From Fibrobacteria bacterium (GTDB lineage: Bacteria; Fibrobacterota; Fibrobacteria; UBA11236), in assembly GCA_021155885.1 (NCBI GenBank), contig JAJNBB010000010.1, positions 1 through 61,897 on the forward strand: a stretch of DNA of 61,897 nucleotides, in the 5' to 3' direction. The translations under genes and the position numbers were made by a program. Numbering within the stretch: position 1 is the stretch's first letter; every line of letters starts with the position of its first letter. Below are positions 1 through 8,982 of the stretch, piece by piece. The notes under the pieces were generated by a model. The model worked only from the letters and a program-made list of their open reading frames with translations. It made no database searches and was not told the DNA's origin.

Positions 1-1109
1 GCGAGGTGGGCAGCTCCCCGCGGTTGCGCGGGACCTCGCCGGCGCGCTTTCACGCGCGCATGGCGGCGCGGCTGCGCGATGCCCCCCTGGGGATGCTCGC
101 GACCTCGACGCACGACGCGAAGCGCGGCGAGGACGCGCGGGCGCGCCTCAACGCACTTGCCGCGCGCCCCACCGAGTGGCGGAACCTGCTGACCGGCCTC
201 ACACGGCACCTCGAGGGCCCGCGCCGCCGGGCCGGCCTCGCCGCGGCCGACGAATACTTCCTCTACCAAAGCCTGCTGGGCGCGTGGCCCCTGGCCGCCG
301 GGGGCGCGCCCGCGCCGGTGGACGAAGCCTTCCACGCCCGCGTCGAGGCGGGCTGGATCAAGGCGGTGCGCGAGGCCAAGCAACGCACCGACTGGGTGAA
401 GCCCAACGAAGAATACGAGGCGGGGTTGAAGGACTTCCTCGAGGAAATCCTGCGCGGGCCCGCCTTTCCCGCCTTCTCGACCCGGTTCTTTCCGCTGTTG
501 TCGGCCTGCGCGCGCGACGGCATGCGCTATGCGCTCGCGCAGGTCGCGGCCAAGTGCGCCGCGCCGGGCCTCCCCGACGTGTACCAGGGCGCGGAGTTCT
601 GGGATCTTTCCTTGGTGGACCCGGACAACCGCCGGCCCGTGGACTTCGAAGCGCGCGCGGCCGCGCTCGAGGCGATGGAAGCCTACATCGATCCGGACCG
701 CGAACCCGACGACCGCGCGGCGTGGGCGGCGCGCCGGCTGGAAGCGTGGCATGACGGCAGGATCAAGCAATACGTGTTGGCGCGCTGCCTGCGCTGGCGG
801 GAGAAGCACGCCGCGCTGTTCCTGCAGGGGAATTACGAGCCGCTGGAAACCACCGGCGCGGCGCGCGCGGAGACGCTGGCCTTCCGCCGCACGCTGGGGC
901 ACGGCGAACTGGTGGTGATCCTTCCCTTGCGCGCCACCCCGCCCGGCATCGGCATGGCCCTGCTGCCCCATCCGGACCGGGGCCGTCCCTTCTTGCATTT
1001 GTTCACGGGACGGCGGTTCGCCGTGCGCGCGCGCGGGCAACGCTCCGGCCTCGACCTCGCGCCGCTGTGGAAGGAATTCCCCGCGGCCTGGTTGTGGCGC
1101 GAGGCCTAG
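1..1109 (+). CDS. treY: Malto-oligosyltrehalose synthase (TreY), C-terminal ~368 aa; 5' end outside window
   Basis: Frame of ORF 6..1109 is open to the window edge. Translation carries the TreY-type motif LGMLATSTHDAKRGEDARARLNALA and the C-terminal domain. Stop TAG 1107-1109. Confidence 0.8.
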   Translation, partial: EVGSSPRLRGTSPARFHARMAARLRDAPLGMLATSTHDAKRGEDARARLNALAARPTEWRNLLTGLTRHLEGPRRRAGLAAADEYFLYQSLLGAWPLAAGGAPAPVDEAFHARVEAGWIKAVREAKQRTDWVKPNEEYEAGLKDFLEEILRGPAFPAFSTRFFPLLSACARDGMRYALAQVAAKCAAPGLPDVYQGAEFWDLSLVDPDNRRPVDFEARAAALEAMEAYIDPDREPDDRAAWAARRLEAWHDGRIKQYVLARCLRWREKHAALFLQGNYEPLETTGAARAETLAFRRTLGHGELVVILPLRATPPGIGMALLPHPDRGRPFLHLFTGRRFAVRARGQRSGLDLAPLWKEFPAAWLWREA

Positions 1110-1127
1110 CGGGCCCCGGTGGCGGGT

Positions 1128-2123
1128 TTAAAAGTCCACAGCGCCCGATGTACGGACGTGGATCACGACCGTTTTCACCGCTCCCAGGACCACTTGCAAG
1201 CGCACGGCATCCTGCGCGTTCGAATCCAGGGCGGTGCCGCGCTCCGAGGGCTGCCAGTCCAGGGCCAGCGCTTCCGTTTCGGAAGTCTGCGCCGTGTTCA
1301 AAGTATGGCTTCCCTGGAACAAAAGCCTCTCGGGCGTGACGCCCAGCGTATCGCCCTCGAGGTAGCCATAAGCCTTCAGGGTGTAGGTGCGGGCGCCGGC
1401 CGTGGCGTATTCGTGCACCAAGGCGATGCCCGGGGATTGCCCGAAGGTTCCCGGCTTGAAAAACCGCAGGCCCGCCGACTTGGACAAGCGCGTGGTATCC
1501 GCGGCGAGGAATCCCGCGCCGACGCCGGCCTGCGCGCTCGTGTCGCGCAGCACGGTTTTGCCATCCTGCAAGCGCAGGCGGGTAAAGAAGAATTTCCGGT
1601 TTTCCGGACCCTTCCCCCCGGCGAAGCGCGCTTCGGCGGGAAGAAAGAGTTGCGCGGCGTACAGGGCGAAGCGCGGTTGAAGGCTCAAGGCCACGCGTCG
1701 GTCCTCGAAGGCCTTCAGGCCCGAGACCGTCATCGAGTCGGCCTGTCGCACCGAATCCTGCGTATCATAGAGGCGGACGCGAGCCTTCCAGGTGCGGCCT
1801 GGCGCCAGCGTGTAACGCACCGAGAAGGCCTGCGCTTTCGACGGGGAGGTGAAGAGAAAAACCGGGTCGGGCGACAGCCGGCTTCCGTCGGGCGTGATGC
1901 TGTCGATCAAGGTGTCTCCCTTGTTCGAGGTCCACTCCACGAGCGCGCAGCGCAGGCGGGTTTCCGACGACTTGGAGAACGTGGTCATCGCCTCGAAGCG
2001 CATGTCCAGCGTCACCTTCGCGGGCTCCGTATCTTCGGGAACTCCGTAATCCATCAGGCACCCGGTGAAGAGAATCGCGCTCACCGTTCCGAGGATTTTG
2101 GGAAGCAGAAATTTGCAGATCAT
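1128..2123 (-). CDS. Hypothetical lipoprotein
   Basis: N-terminal signal peptide ending in lipobox LFTGC. 331-aa ORF with coding-like composition. No family recognised. Confidence 0.55.
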   Translation of the reverse strand: MICKFLLPKILGTVSAILFTGCLMDYGVPEDTEPAKVTLDMRFEAMTTFSKSSETRLRCALVEWTSNKGDTLIDSITPDGSRLSPDPVFLFTSPSKAQAFSVRYTLAPGRTWKARVRLYDTQDSVRQADSMTVSGLKAFEDRRVALSLQPRFALYAAQLFLPAEARFAGGKGPENRKFFFTRLRLQDGKTVLRDTSAQAGVGAGFLAADTTRLSKSAGLRFFKPGTFGQSPGIALVHEYATAGARTYTLKAYGYLEGDTLGVTPERLLFQGSHTLNTAQTSETEALALDWQPSERGTALDSNAQDAVRLQVVLGAVKTVVIHVRTSGAVDF

Positions 2124-2276
2124 CCAGTCCCCCCTGGTAAAAGCCCTTCAACCCCTTCTTGCTAATGCGAGAGGCGTGCCCAAATTTCATCGGGGGAATT
2201 TTGCGGAAATCGCGTGTCCACGGCGACTTAACGGCCAAAACGGCCTGAGGGCCGGGCGAAGGTGGCCGATGGGGCC

Positions 2277-2305
2277 TTGACAACGCCCGCCATTAATCGT
2301 ATATC
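2277..2305 (+). promoter_or_regulatory. Sigma70-like promoter (TTGACA - 17 nt - TATATC) for the Cys-rich micro-ORF
   Basis: Perfect TTGACA at 2277-2282, a 17-nt spacer, then TATATC at 2300-2305 overlapping the operator-like element. Confidence 0.45.
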
Positions 2306-2314
2306 TACGATATA
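2296..2314. promoter_or_regulatory. Putative ArsR-family operator, copy 1 (ATCGTATATCTACGATATA)
   Basis: Imperfect inverted repeat, 17/19 identical to the element at 2749-2767 in front of arsR. Confidence 0.5.
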
Positions 2315-2372
2315 GGAATAAAAAGCCTATACGGCCCTAAAAGCCGTCACCTTACCTCAACCAGGAGATCTC

Positions 2373-2456
2373 ATGAAACCGATTCAATCCCTCTGGAACC
2401 GTCTCACGGCCTGCAACTGCGGATCCGGCTGCGGCTGCGGCGGCGGCTGCTGCTAA
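2373..2456 (+). CDS. 27-aa Cys/Gly-rich micropeptide MKPIQSLWNRLTACNCGSGCGCGGGCC (putative metal/metalloid-thiolate binding peptide)
   Basis: ATG with AGGAGA 7 nt upstream. 6 Cys in the last 14 residues. TAA stop followed 9 nt later by a strong intrinsic terminator. Not in the supplied ORF track because it is too short. Confidence 0.5.
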   Translation: MKPIQSLWNRLTACNCGSGCGCGGGCC

Positions 2457-2465
2457 AGCCGAAGG

Positions 2466-2493
2466 GGCCCCGGCGCAAGCCGGGGCCTTTTTT
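2466..2493 (+). terminator. Rho-independent terminator
   Basis: GGCCCCGG-CGCAAG-CCGGGGCC hairpin followed by TTTTTT. Confidence 0.8.
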
Positions 2494-2748
2494 ATCGAAT
2501 GTGAACTGTCCTCATTCCCGCGGACTTTTCGCGTCTCGCGAGATCGGTGCAGCATTGAGCCGCAGCTTTTCCGCCCGAAGCGAGGCGAGGACCGGATTGC
2601 CGTATTCTGCAAATTTGCGTTGGCAGCCCGCGAAGCGGGCGGTCCCTTAAGGGCATCGGACCGCAGCCGAGCGAGGGTGGAAAAGGTGCGGCTCGTCGTA
2701 GCAAGCATTAGGGGGGTATCTCCAGGTCTCTCTCAATGCAGAAGGATT

Positions 2749-2767
2749 ATCGTATATTTGCGATATA
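2749..2767. promoter_or_regulatory. Putative ArsR-family operator, copy 2 (ATCGTATATTTGCGATATA)
   Basis: Sits 14 nt upstream of the arsR ATG and overlaps a TATATT -10-like hexamer. 17/19 identical to copy 1. Confidence 0.5.
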
Positions 2768-2780
2768 TAAAGGAATCCCC

Positions 2781-3116
2781 ATGGCCTTCCCCAAAAGCAC
2801 CGCCTTCTCCGAAGAGGACCAGCGCCTCGCCGTGATCGCCGACGCCCTCGCGCACCCGGCGCGCATTGCGATCCTGCGCATCCTCGCCAAGCGGGGAACC
2901 TGCATCTGCGGCGAGATCGTCGAGGAATTGCCCCTGGCTCAAAGCACGGTGTCGCAACATCTCAAGGCCCTCAAGGAGGCCGGCCTGATCCAGGGTGAAA
3001 TCGACGGCCCCCGCACCTGTTACTGCCTCGACCCGCGGTCCTTCCACGCGGCCCTCGCCGACCTCAACAAGCTTACCGCCGGCATGAAAAAAGACGCCGA
3101 CGCGTGCTGCGCCTGA
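2781..3116 (+). CDS. arsR: ArsR/SmtB family metalloregulator
   Basis: Winged-HTH motif [47 protein letters not shown] with a CxC metalloid site. Start moved to ATG 2781 (AAGGAA upstream), because the longer ORF from 2736 would cover the operator. Confidence 0.85.
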   Translation: MAFPKSTAFSEEDQRLAVIADALAHPARIAILRILAKRGTCICGEIVEELPLAQSTVSQHLKALKEAGLIQGEIDGPRTCYCLDPRSFHAALADLNKLTAGMKKDADACCA

Positions 3117-3117
3117 C

Positions 3118-3795
3118 GTGAAGTCCGCGCAACCGAACCTCGCGCGCGCGCTGGCGGCCGAGTTCCTGGGAACCGCCGGGCTCCTCGCGGGCGTGGTGGG
3201 ATCGGGGATCATGGCGGAACGCCTGGCGGGGGGTAACATGGCCGTTGCCCTGCTGGCGAACGCCCTCGCCACGGGATTCCTGCTGCCCGTGCTGATCCTG
3301 GGGTTCGCCTCTTTTTCGGGCGCGCACTTCAACCCCGCGGTGTCGGTCGCCGAAATGCTTTCGGGCCGCCTGCGCGGCAGGCGCGCGGCCGCCTACGGCG
3401 CCGTTCAGTTCGCGGGCGCCGTTTGCGGCGTGTGGCTGGCGCACGCGATGTTCGCGGAAGCCCTGCTGCAAACTTCCGCGCGCGCCCGCGCCGGCGCGGG
3501 ACAGTGGCTGAGCGAGGCCGGGGCCACCTTCGGGCTGGTGCTGATCGTCCTCCTGCGCCGGCGGTACCCGACGGAGGCGCTCCCCTGGATGATCGGCGCC
3601 TATATCGCCGCCGCCTACTTTTTCACCGCCTCGACCAGTTTCGCCAACCCCGCCGTGACGGCGGCCCGCTCCCTCACGAACACCTTCTCCGGCATCCGTC
3701 CCGCGGATGTCCTCGCCTTCATGGCCGCGCAAATAACGGGAATGCTGGCGGCCTGGCTCGCCGCCCGCTGGTTCGAACGAACGGAAACCGCATGA
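3118..3795 (+). CDS. MIP-family aquaglyceroporin (AqpS-like arsenite channel)
   Basis: Two NPA boxes (HFNPAVS, FANPAVT) and 6 predicted TM segments. GTG start lies 1 nt after the arsR stop. Confidence 0.85.
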   Translation: MKSAQPNLARALAAEFLGTAGLLAGVVGSGIMAERLAGGNMAVALLANALATGFLLPVLILGFASFSGAHFNPAVSVAEMLSGRLRGRRAAAYGAVQFAGAVCGVWLAHAMFAEALLQTSARARAGAGQWLSEAGATFGLVLIVLLRRRYPTEALPWMIGAYIAAAYFFTASTSFANPAVTAARSLTNTFSGIRPADVLAFMAAQITGMLAAWLAARWFERTETA

Positions 3796-4184
3796 CTCCC
3801 AAGAAACTGCTCTTCGTCTGCATCGAGAACTCCAACCGCAGCCAGATGTCGCAGGCCTTCGCGCGCATCCTGGGCGGCGACGCCGTCGAGGCCTACAGCG
3901 CGGGCTCGCGCCCCTCGGGCATCGTGAACCCCAAGGCCATCGCCTCCATGAAGGAATTGGGCTACGATCTGTCCGTCCACGACTCGAAGTCGCTCGACGA
4001 CATCCCCGACGTGGAATACGATGCGGTCGTGACCATGGGCTGCGGGGACGCCTGCCCGTTCGTCAAGGCCAAGCGCCGCGAGGACTGGCAGATCCCCGAC
4101 CCGAAGCCCCTGGAGCCGGAGGAGTTCCGCAAGGTGCGCGACCTCATCCGCGACAAGGTCGGCGCGTTGATCGCCTCGTTTTAG
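3792..4184 (+). CDS. arsC: Arsenate reductase, LMW-PTP type
   Basis: P-loop LLFVCIENSNRSQM (CX5R) plus downstream GCGDAC cysteines. ATGA start/stop overlap with the aquaglyceroporin gene. Confidence 0.85.
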   Translation: MTPKKLLFVCIENSNRSQMSQAFARILGGDAVEAYSAGSRPSGIVNPKAIASMKELGYDLSVHDSKSLDDIPDVEYDAVVTMGCGDACPFVKAKRREDWQIPDPKPLEPEEFRKVRDLIRDKVGALIASF

Positions 4185-5215
4185 ACCGTGGGCCGTTGGC
4201 TGCACGGACGGGCCTGCACGATGCAGAGCTGTCCCGTGGGCCCGTCCTTCGCCCATTCCACATCCATCGGTTGCCCGTAATGGTCCGCGATGCACCGGTA
4301 AAACTCCGCGAGCCGCAACACGTCCTCATCGGGCAGGCTGAAAGCTTCCCGTTTTTCCGGGGATGTCTCCACGCGCCGGAGGGTGGGTGCTGCATCGCCG
4401 TGGGGCTCGTAAACCAAGGTGGTCTCCTTCGACCCCAGCCGGCGCCCCACGATCATCAGGCCCTTGTCCCGGCCCGGGACCTTGGAGACCCGGAACTCAT
4501 CGGGCGTCACGGCGATGCGCGTGCCTCCGGTCCCCAGCCCCCAGGTGGAGTCAATCACGATCACCCCGCTGTTTCCCCAGCCGGTCTCGGGCGTGAACGC
4601 GATGCCCGAGGCGCCGCGGTCGCTGCGCACCATGCGCTGCACGCCCACGGACATCGCCACGCCCAAGTGGCCGAAGCCCTTCTCGGTCCGGTACCGAATG
4701 GCCTGGTCGTTGTAGAGCGAAGCGTAACAGCCCCGGCAGGCCTCCAGCAAATTCTCCAGGCCCGAGACGTGCAGAAAGTTGTCCATCTGGCGGGCGAAGG
4801 TCGCCCCGATCAGGCCTTCGCCGATGGCGCTGCTGCGCACGGCGAAGGTGGTGCCCGGCGGACAGCGCTCCACCAGCCGGTCATGCGCTTCGGCGATTTT
4901 CTGGCGGATCTCTTTGGGCCACTCTCCTTCGGCGATCAACGCGCGCACCCCGGCTCCCACCTCGCCCAGGTTCGAAAACCCCCGGTCGTCGAGGGAACGC
5001 AGGAGGACGCACAACTTCGCGTCCAGGCCGTTATGTCTCAGGAAGCGCCCGTAGGCCGGAGCCGTCAGCGCGAACCCGTCGGGAATGGGAATCCCCTCCG
5101 ATCCCAGATGCGCCGCGATCTCGCCGAGCGAAGCATTCTTGCCGCCCACCGCCCATAGCATCTTCATGCGGATATGGGTGAAGTCAAGCGTGCACGGCAC
5201 GTAAGTTCCTCTCAC
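4181..5215 (-). CDS. PEP/pyruvate-binding (PPDK_N / PpsA N-terminal ATP-grasp) domain protein, stand-alone
   Basis: VGGKNASLGE motif near the N-terminus. The 344 aa lack the phospho-His swivel and the PEP-utilising C-terminal domains. Confidence 0.7.
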   Translation of the reverse strand: MRGTYVPCTLDFTHIRMKMLWAVGGKNASLGEIAAHLGSEGIPIPDGFALTAPAYGRFLRHNGLDAKLCVLLRSLDDRGFSNLGEVGAGVRALIAEGEWPKEIRQKIAEAHDRLVERCPPGTTFAVRSSAIGEGLIGATFARQMDNFLHVSGLENLLEACRGCYASLYNDQAIRYRTEKGFGHLGVAMSVGVQRMVRSDRGASGIAFTPETGWGNSGVIVIDSTWGLGTGGTRIAVTPDEFRVSKVPGRDKGLMIVGRRLGSKETTLVYEPHGDAAPTLRRVETSPEKREAFSLPDEDVLRLAEFYRCIADHYGQPMDVEWAKDGPTGQLCIVQARPCSQRPTV

Positions 5216-5516
5216 TCGGAACTCGCGTCCGCTTTTTCCACGAGATCAGTGTATCGACCTTCGGCATGGAATCTCCGTCGTCTTCCCGGTCAAGCAATAG
5301 GCAAACCGCGTGCCAAAAAAAAGTCCGGCTATATTAAATGGATTGAACAAGAGGGGTGAACGCATCCCTGCAGGCTCGGCCAAAACGGCCGATGACGACG
5401 ACAAAATGACGAGAATGTTGCCACAATATTTTAAAGAAAGGCGGAATTTGCAGATAAGCGCTAAATTCGGAACACACGCAACGAAACTTCAAATTTCAAG
5501 GGCGCGCCAAAACGAC

Positions 5517-6884
5517 ATGATGAACCAAAGCCTTGTTATCGTCGATGATGATCAGGACGTGCTGGACTCTTTGACCCGCGCGCTCGAGGACCTCGAGTGC
5601 GATCTCCGCAGCTTCAACAACCCCATCGAGGCCCTGGAAGGCATCTGCGCGGCGCCGCCCCAGGTGGTCGTGACCGATCTCCGGATGCCCGGGATGGGCG
5701 GTCTGGCGCTGCAACAATCGCTGAAGGATCTCAACCCCGACATCCAGGTGATCCTCATCAGCGGGCACGGATCGGTGGACGAAGCCGTTTCGGCCATGAA
5801 AAAAGGCGCCTACGATTTCATTTCCAAGCCGTTCAGGACCGAGGAGATCCTCGCGGTCGTCCAGCGCGCTTTCGAGAAAACCGCCCTGTTGCGCGAGAAT
5901 TTCCTGCTGCGCGAAAAGCTCCGCGCGAGCCGCGTCCCGAATTTCGAGGTCGGAAAAAGCCGGATCATCCGGGAATTGCTGGAGGAAGCGGTCCGGGCCG
6001 CGGCCAGCGAGGCCACCATTTTGATCCTCGGGGAATCGGGCTCCGGAAAACAAATCCTGGCCAACTACATCGTCGCGAATTCGCCGCGCGCGCCATATCC
6101 CTTCATCGAGGTCAACTGCGCGGCCATCCCGGATAACCTCATCGAAGCCGAATTGTTCGGGTATAAAAAGGGAGCCTTCACGGGAGCCTACCAGGACAAG
6201 AAAGGCAAGTTCCAGGAAGCCCACAAGGGGACGATTTTCCTGGACGAGATCGGCGAGGTGCCCCTGAGCGTGCAGTCGAAGCTTCTGCGCGTTTTGCAGG
6301 AGGGCGAGGTGAGCCCGGTGGGAGGCGCGACGCAAAAGGTGGACGTGCGCATTCTCGCGGCCACCAACAAAAACCTCCGCAAGATGGTCGCGGACGGGCT
6401 GTTCCGCGAGGACCTTTTCTACCGCCTGAACGTCATTCCCCTCCAGATCCCGCCCTTGCGCCAACACCCGGAGGATCTGCCGGCCTTCATTTCTCACTTT
6501 CTGGCGAAGTACAGCGCCAAAAACCGCCGGGAAAATCTCTCCGTCAGTCCCGAGGCGATGCTGCTGATGGAGCGCTATCTATGGCCGGGCAACGTGCGCG
6601 AGCTCGAGAACGCCATGGAGCGCGCCGTCATTTTGTGCCAGGGGGACCAAATCACTCCCAAGAACCTGCCCCCGGAGCTCAGCGGGGACTTGAGCGAGAC
6701 GCAGGAATTCCTGTTCCGCAGCGGGTCCACCCTCGAGGAAATGGAATTGCTGATCATCCAGAACGCGCTCAGGCGCAATCATGGAGACCGTGGAAAAACC
6801 GCCCACGAACTGGGCATCGGGGTGCGGACGCTTTACCGCAAGGTCATGCAGATCAGCTCGCGCGACCCCGAAGCGATCGCCTAG
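5517..6884 (+). CDS. Sigma54-dependent response regulator (NtrC family)
   Basis: Receiver domain (VVTDLRMPGMGG), AAA+ domain with GESGSGK and GAFTGA, and a C-terminal Fis-type HTH. Start set at MMNQS. Confidence 0.85.
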   Translation: MMNQSLVIVDDDQDVLDSLTRALEDLECDLRSFNNPIEALEGICAAPPQVVVTDLRMPGMGGLALQQSLKDLNPDIQVILISGHGSVDEAVSAMKKGAYDFISKPFRTEEILAVVQRAFEKTALLRENFLLREKLRASRVPNFEVGKSRIIRELLEEAVRAAASEATILILGESGSGKQILANYIVANSPRAPYPFIEVNCAAIPDNLIEAELFGYKKGAFTGAYQDKKGKFQEAHKGTIFLDEIGEVPLSVQSKLLRVLQEGEVSPVGGATQKVDVRILAATNKNLRKMVADGLFREDLFYRLNVIPLQIPPLRQHPEDLPAFISHFLAKYSAKNRRENLSVSPEAMLLMERYLWPGNVRELENAMERAVILCQGDQITPKNLPPELSGDLSETQEFLFRSGSTLEEMELLIIQNALRRNHGDRGKTAHELGIGVRTLYRKVMQISSRDPEAIA

Positions 6885-8026
6885 GCGGGTTCGCCCGCCG
6901 GCAGCACGATCGTGAAACGGGTGCACCCGAACTGCGAGACGCAGTGGATCGTTCCGCCGTGCTCCTCGATGAGCTTGCGCGCCAGCGCAAGGCCCAGGCC
7001 GGTCCCCTTGGATCCGTCCTTGGTCGTGAAGAACGGCTCGAAGATATGGGCGAGCAGGTGGTCGGGAATGCCGCCCGCGTTGTCCTCGAACCGGATCTCG
7101 ATCTGGTTCTCGCGGCGCCGCGCGTAAATCGAAATCCGCTTGGCTTCCCCGGTTTCCCACTCGGAGAAGGCGTCGCGGGCGTTCGAAATCAGGTTGTGCA
7201 AGACCGACTCGATCTGGGTGTAGTTCCCCCGGATGCTCAGGCTTTCGTCGGCGTATACCGTCACCTCGATGCCGCGCGTCATCAGCTGCCGGTCCATGAA
7301 CAGGAACGCTTCTTCCAGCAGGCGCTTGACCGTGAAGTTTTCCATGCCCTGAATCGCGTCCTTGCGGGAATATTGCAAAAGGTGGTTCAGGACGCGCTGC
7401 ATGCGCTCCACGCCGCGAATCACCGATTCGGTGGCCTTGAGCCCCGCCGCCTTGTCCGCCTCTCCCTCGCGGTTGAACAACTTGCGGAGATACTCCGCCT
7501 CAAGCAGGACGCTGGCCAGGGGGTTGTTCATCTCGTGCGCGAGGCCCGCGCTGAGCGTGCCCAGCACCATGAGCTTGTTGGCGTGAAAAAGCTGCCGCTC
7601 CAGCAGCACCTGCTGCTCCCGGTTCAGCGAGAAGCCCATGTAGCCCACGATCTTCCCGTCGCGGCGGATCGGGGAGATGGTCAGGTGGATGTGGATGGCG
7701 CTGCCGTCCACGGCGCGGTTCACCAGATTGCCGCGCCAGGTTTCGCCGCGGGTGATGGTCTTCCACATGTCCTTATAGAGGCTTTCCGGCGTCGAGCTGG
7801 ACCGGATGAGCCGCTGCGTCTTCCCCAGAATCTCGCTCTCGGACTGAAACTTGTACAGACGCAGGTAGGCGTCGTTGACGCGCACCAGCCTGCCGTCCGG
7901 ATCCGTGATGTTGATGGCGTAGTCCGCCTGGGTGAAAGCGTCCAGCAGCATGGAGCGGTGTCTCCCGCCGGAGAAACCTACTCTGCGTAAATCCGCCTTC
8001 CAAGCGGTCGCGACGGAGCCTGTCAT
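6881..8026 (-). CDS. PAS-domain sensor histidine kinase
   Basis: PAS domain (INITDPDGRLVRVNDAYLRLY), H-box AGLAHEMNNPLA and HATPase_c (GTGLGLA). ATG 8026 is preceded by GGAGGT. Confidence 0.8.
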   Translation of the reverse strand: MTGSVATAWKADLRRVGFSGGRHRSMLLDAFTQADYAINITDPDGRLVRVNDAYLRLYKFQSESEILGKTQRLIRSSSTPESLYKDMWKTITRGETWRGNLVNRAVDGSAIHIHLTISPIRRDGKIVGYMGFSLNREQQVLLERQLFHANKLMVLGTLSAGLAHEMNNPLASVLLEAEYLRKLFNREGEADKAAGLKATESVIRGVERMQRVLNHLLQYSRKDAIQGMENFTVKRLLEEAFLFMDRQLMTRGIEVTVYADESLSIRGNYTQIESVLHNLISNARDAFSEWETGEAKRISIYARRRENQIEIRFEDNAGGIPDHLLAHIFEPFFTTKDGSKGTGLGLALARKLIEEHGGTIHCVSQFGCTRFTIVLPAGEPA

Positions 8027-8255
8027 GGCGTTACCTCCACGGAGCGTAAACCTCTGCCGGCGCCGGAAATCCGGCCGCCGCAAAACACATCCTCGGGAAA
8101 TCCGACCGGATGCCTCCCTGAATGATACATTTCGCAACAAAGTTATTAGAGAGACTTACAAATCTTGACAGGCAATCGTTTCAACGCACGAATTGTTCCC
8201 ATTTTAAACAAAACAAGCCATTTTACCAATCGCGCGTTGGAGGCTCTCCGGGGAA

Positions 8256-8982
8256 TTATTGCGTGAACCACCCTAGCGTCGTCCATTCCGCGAACCAGCG
8301 CGGGAGTTGCTTCGCGAGGCGGTCCAATGCCGGCGGCGCCAGGCCCTCGGCGGCCCGCGCGCAGGCGGCCTCCAGCGCCTCCCCTTCGGACAGGGCGCCG
8401 AGCAACCGAAAACGGACGCGGTCGAGGCGTTGAGGGGCCACCCCTCCCTCGACGTTCCGGTAAACCACCCAGTAACCTTTGCGCTTCACGAAGCGCGGAA
8501 CGAAATCTTCCTCCGCGTCCAGGCAAAGGCCGCGCCGGGTCATCAGGTTCCAGTCCTCCTCCAGCACGGTGACATGCGGTTGCAGCCGCAGCCTGGGCCC
8601 TCCGGCGGCCGCGAGCGTCTCGGTCCGTGGCGGCGGGGCCGCCGGGGCATGGAACGCGCGATTGAAGGCCTGATCCAGGCGGGCGATCTGCGCCGTGCGC
8701 GGGTCGTTCCAGCGCGTGTCGGCGCGCACGAAGTCCGGCAGCCGGTCGCCCAGCGCGTCGAGGTAAGGCGCGCGCGAAGGGTGGCGGGTCAGGTACGCGG
8801 AGGCCAGCCGGTTGAAAACCGGATAGGTCAGCGCGTGCGCGCGGAAGCAGGTCGGCTTCGAGGCCCGGCGCCAGCGCATCTCCCCCGCCGTCGAAACGCT
8901 CGCCCTCGAAATCATACGGAGCCCGCACCGCGGACCCGAAGGCCTCCTGCAGCGCGCGCAGCCGCGCGGGCGCGGACTTCAT
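8256..8982 (-). CDS. bufC: DUF2063 family protein (BufC/HvfC-like MNIO partner), apparently frameshifted near its 5' end
   Basis: ORF 8256..8915 has DUF2063-like sequence (TYPVFNRLASAYLTRHPS...LPDFV..., C-terminal WFAEWTTLGWF). An ATGA-coupled start at 8982 in another frame encodes MKSAPARLRALQEAF, a typical DUF2063 N-terminus. Confidence 0.7.

Noticed and set aside
2427-2453. GGC/TGC-rich simple repeat (GGCTGCGGCTGCGGCGGCGGCTGCTGC).
   Set aside because: It is explained by the Cys/Gly codons of the micro-ORF at 2373-2456 and is not an independent microsatellite feature.
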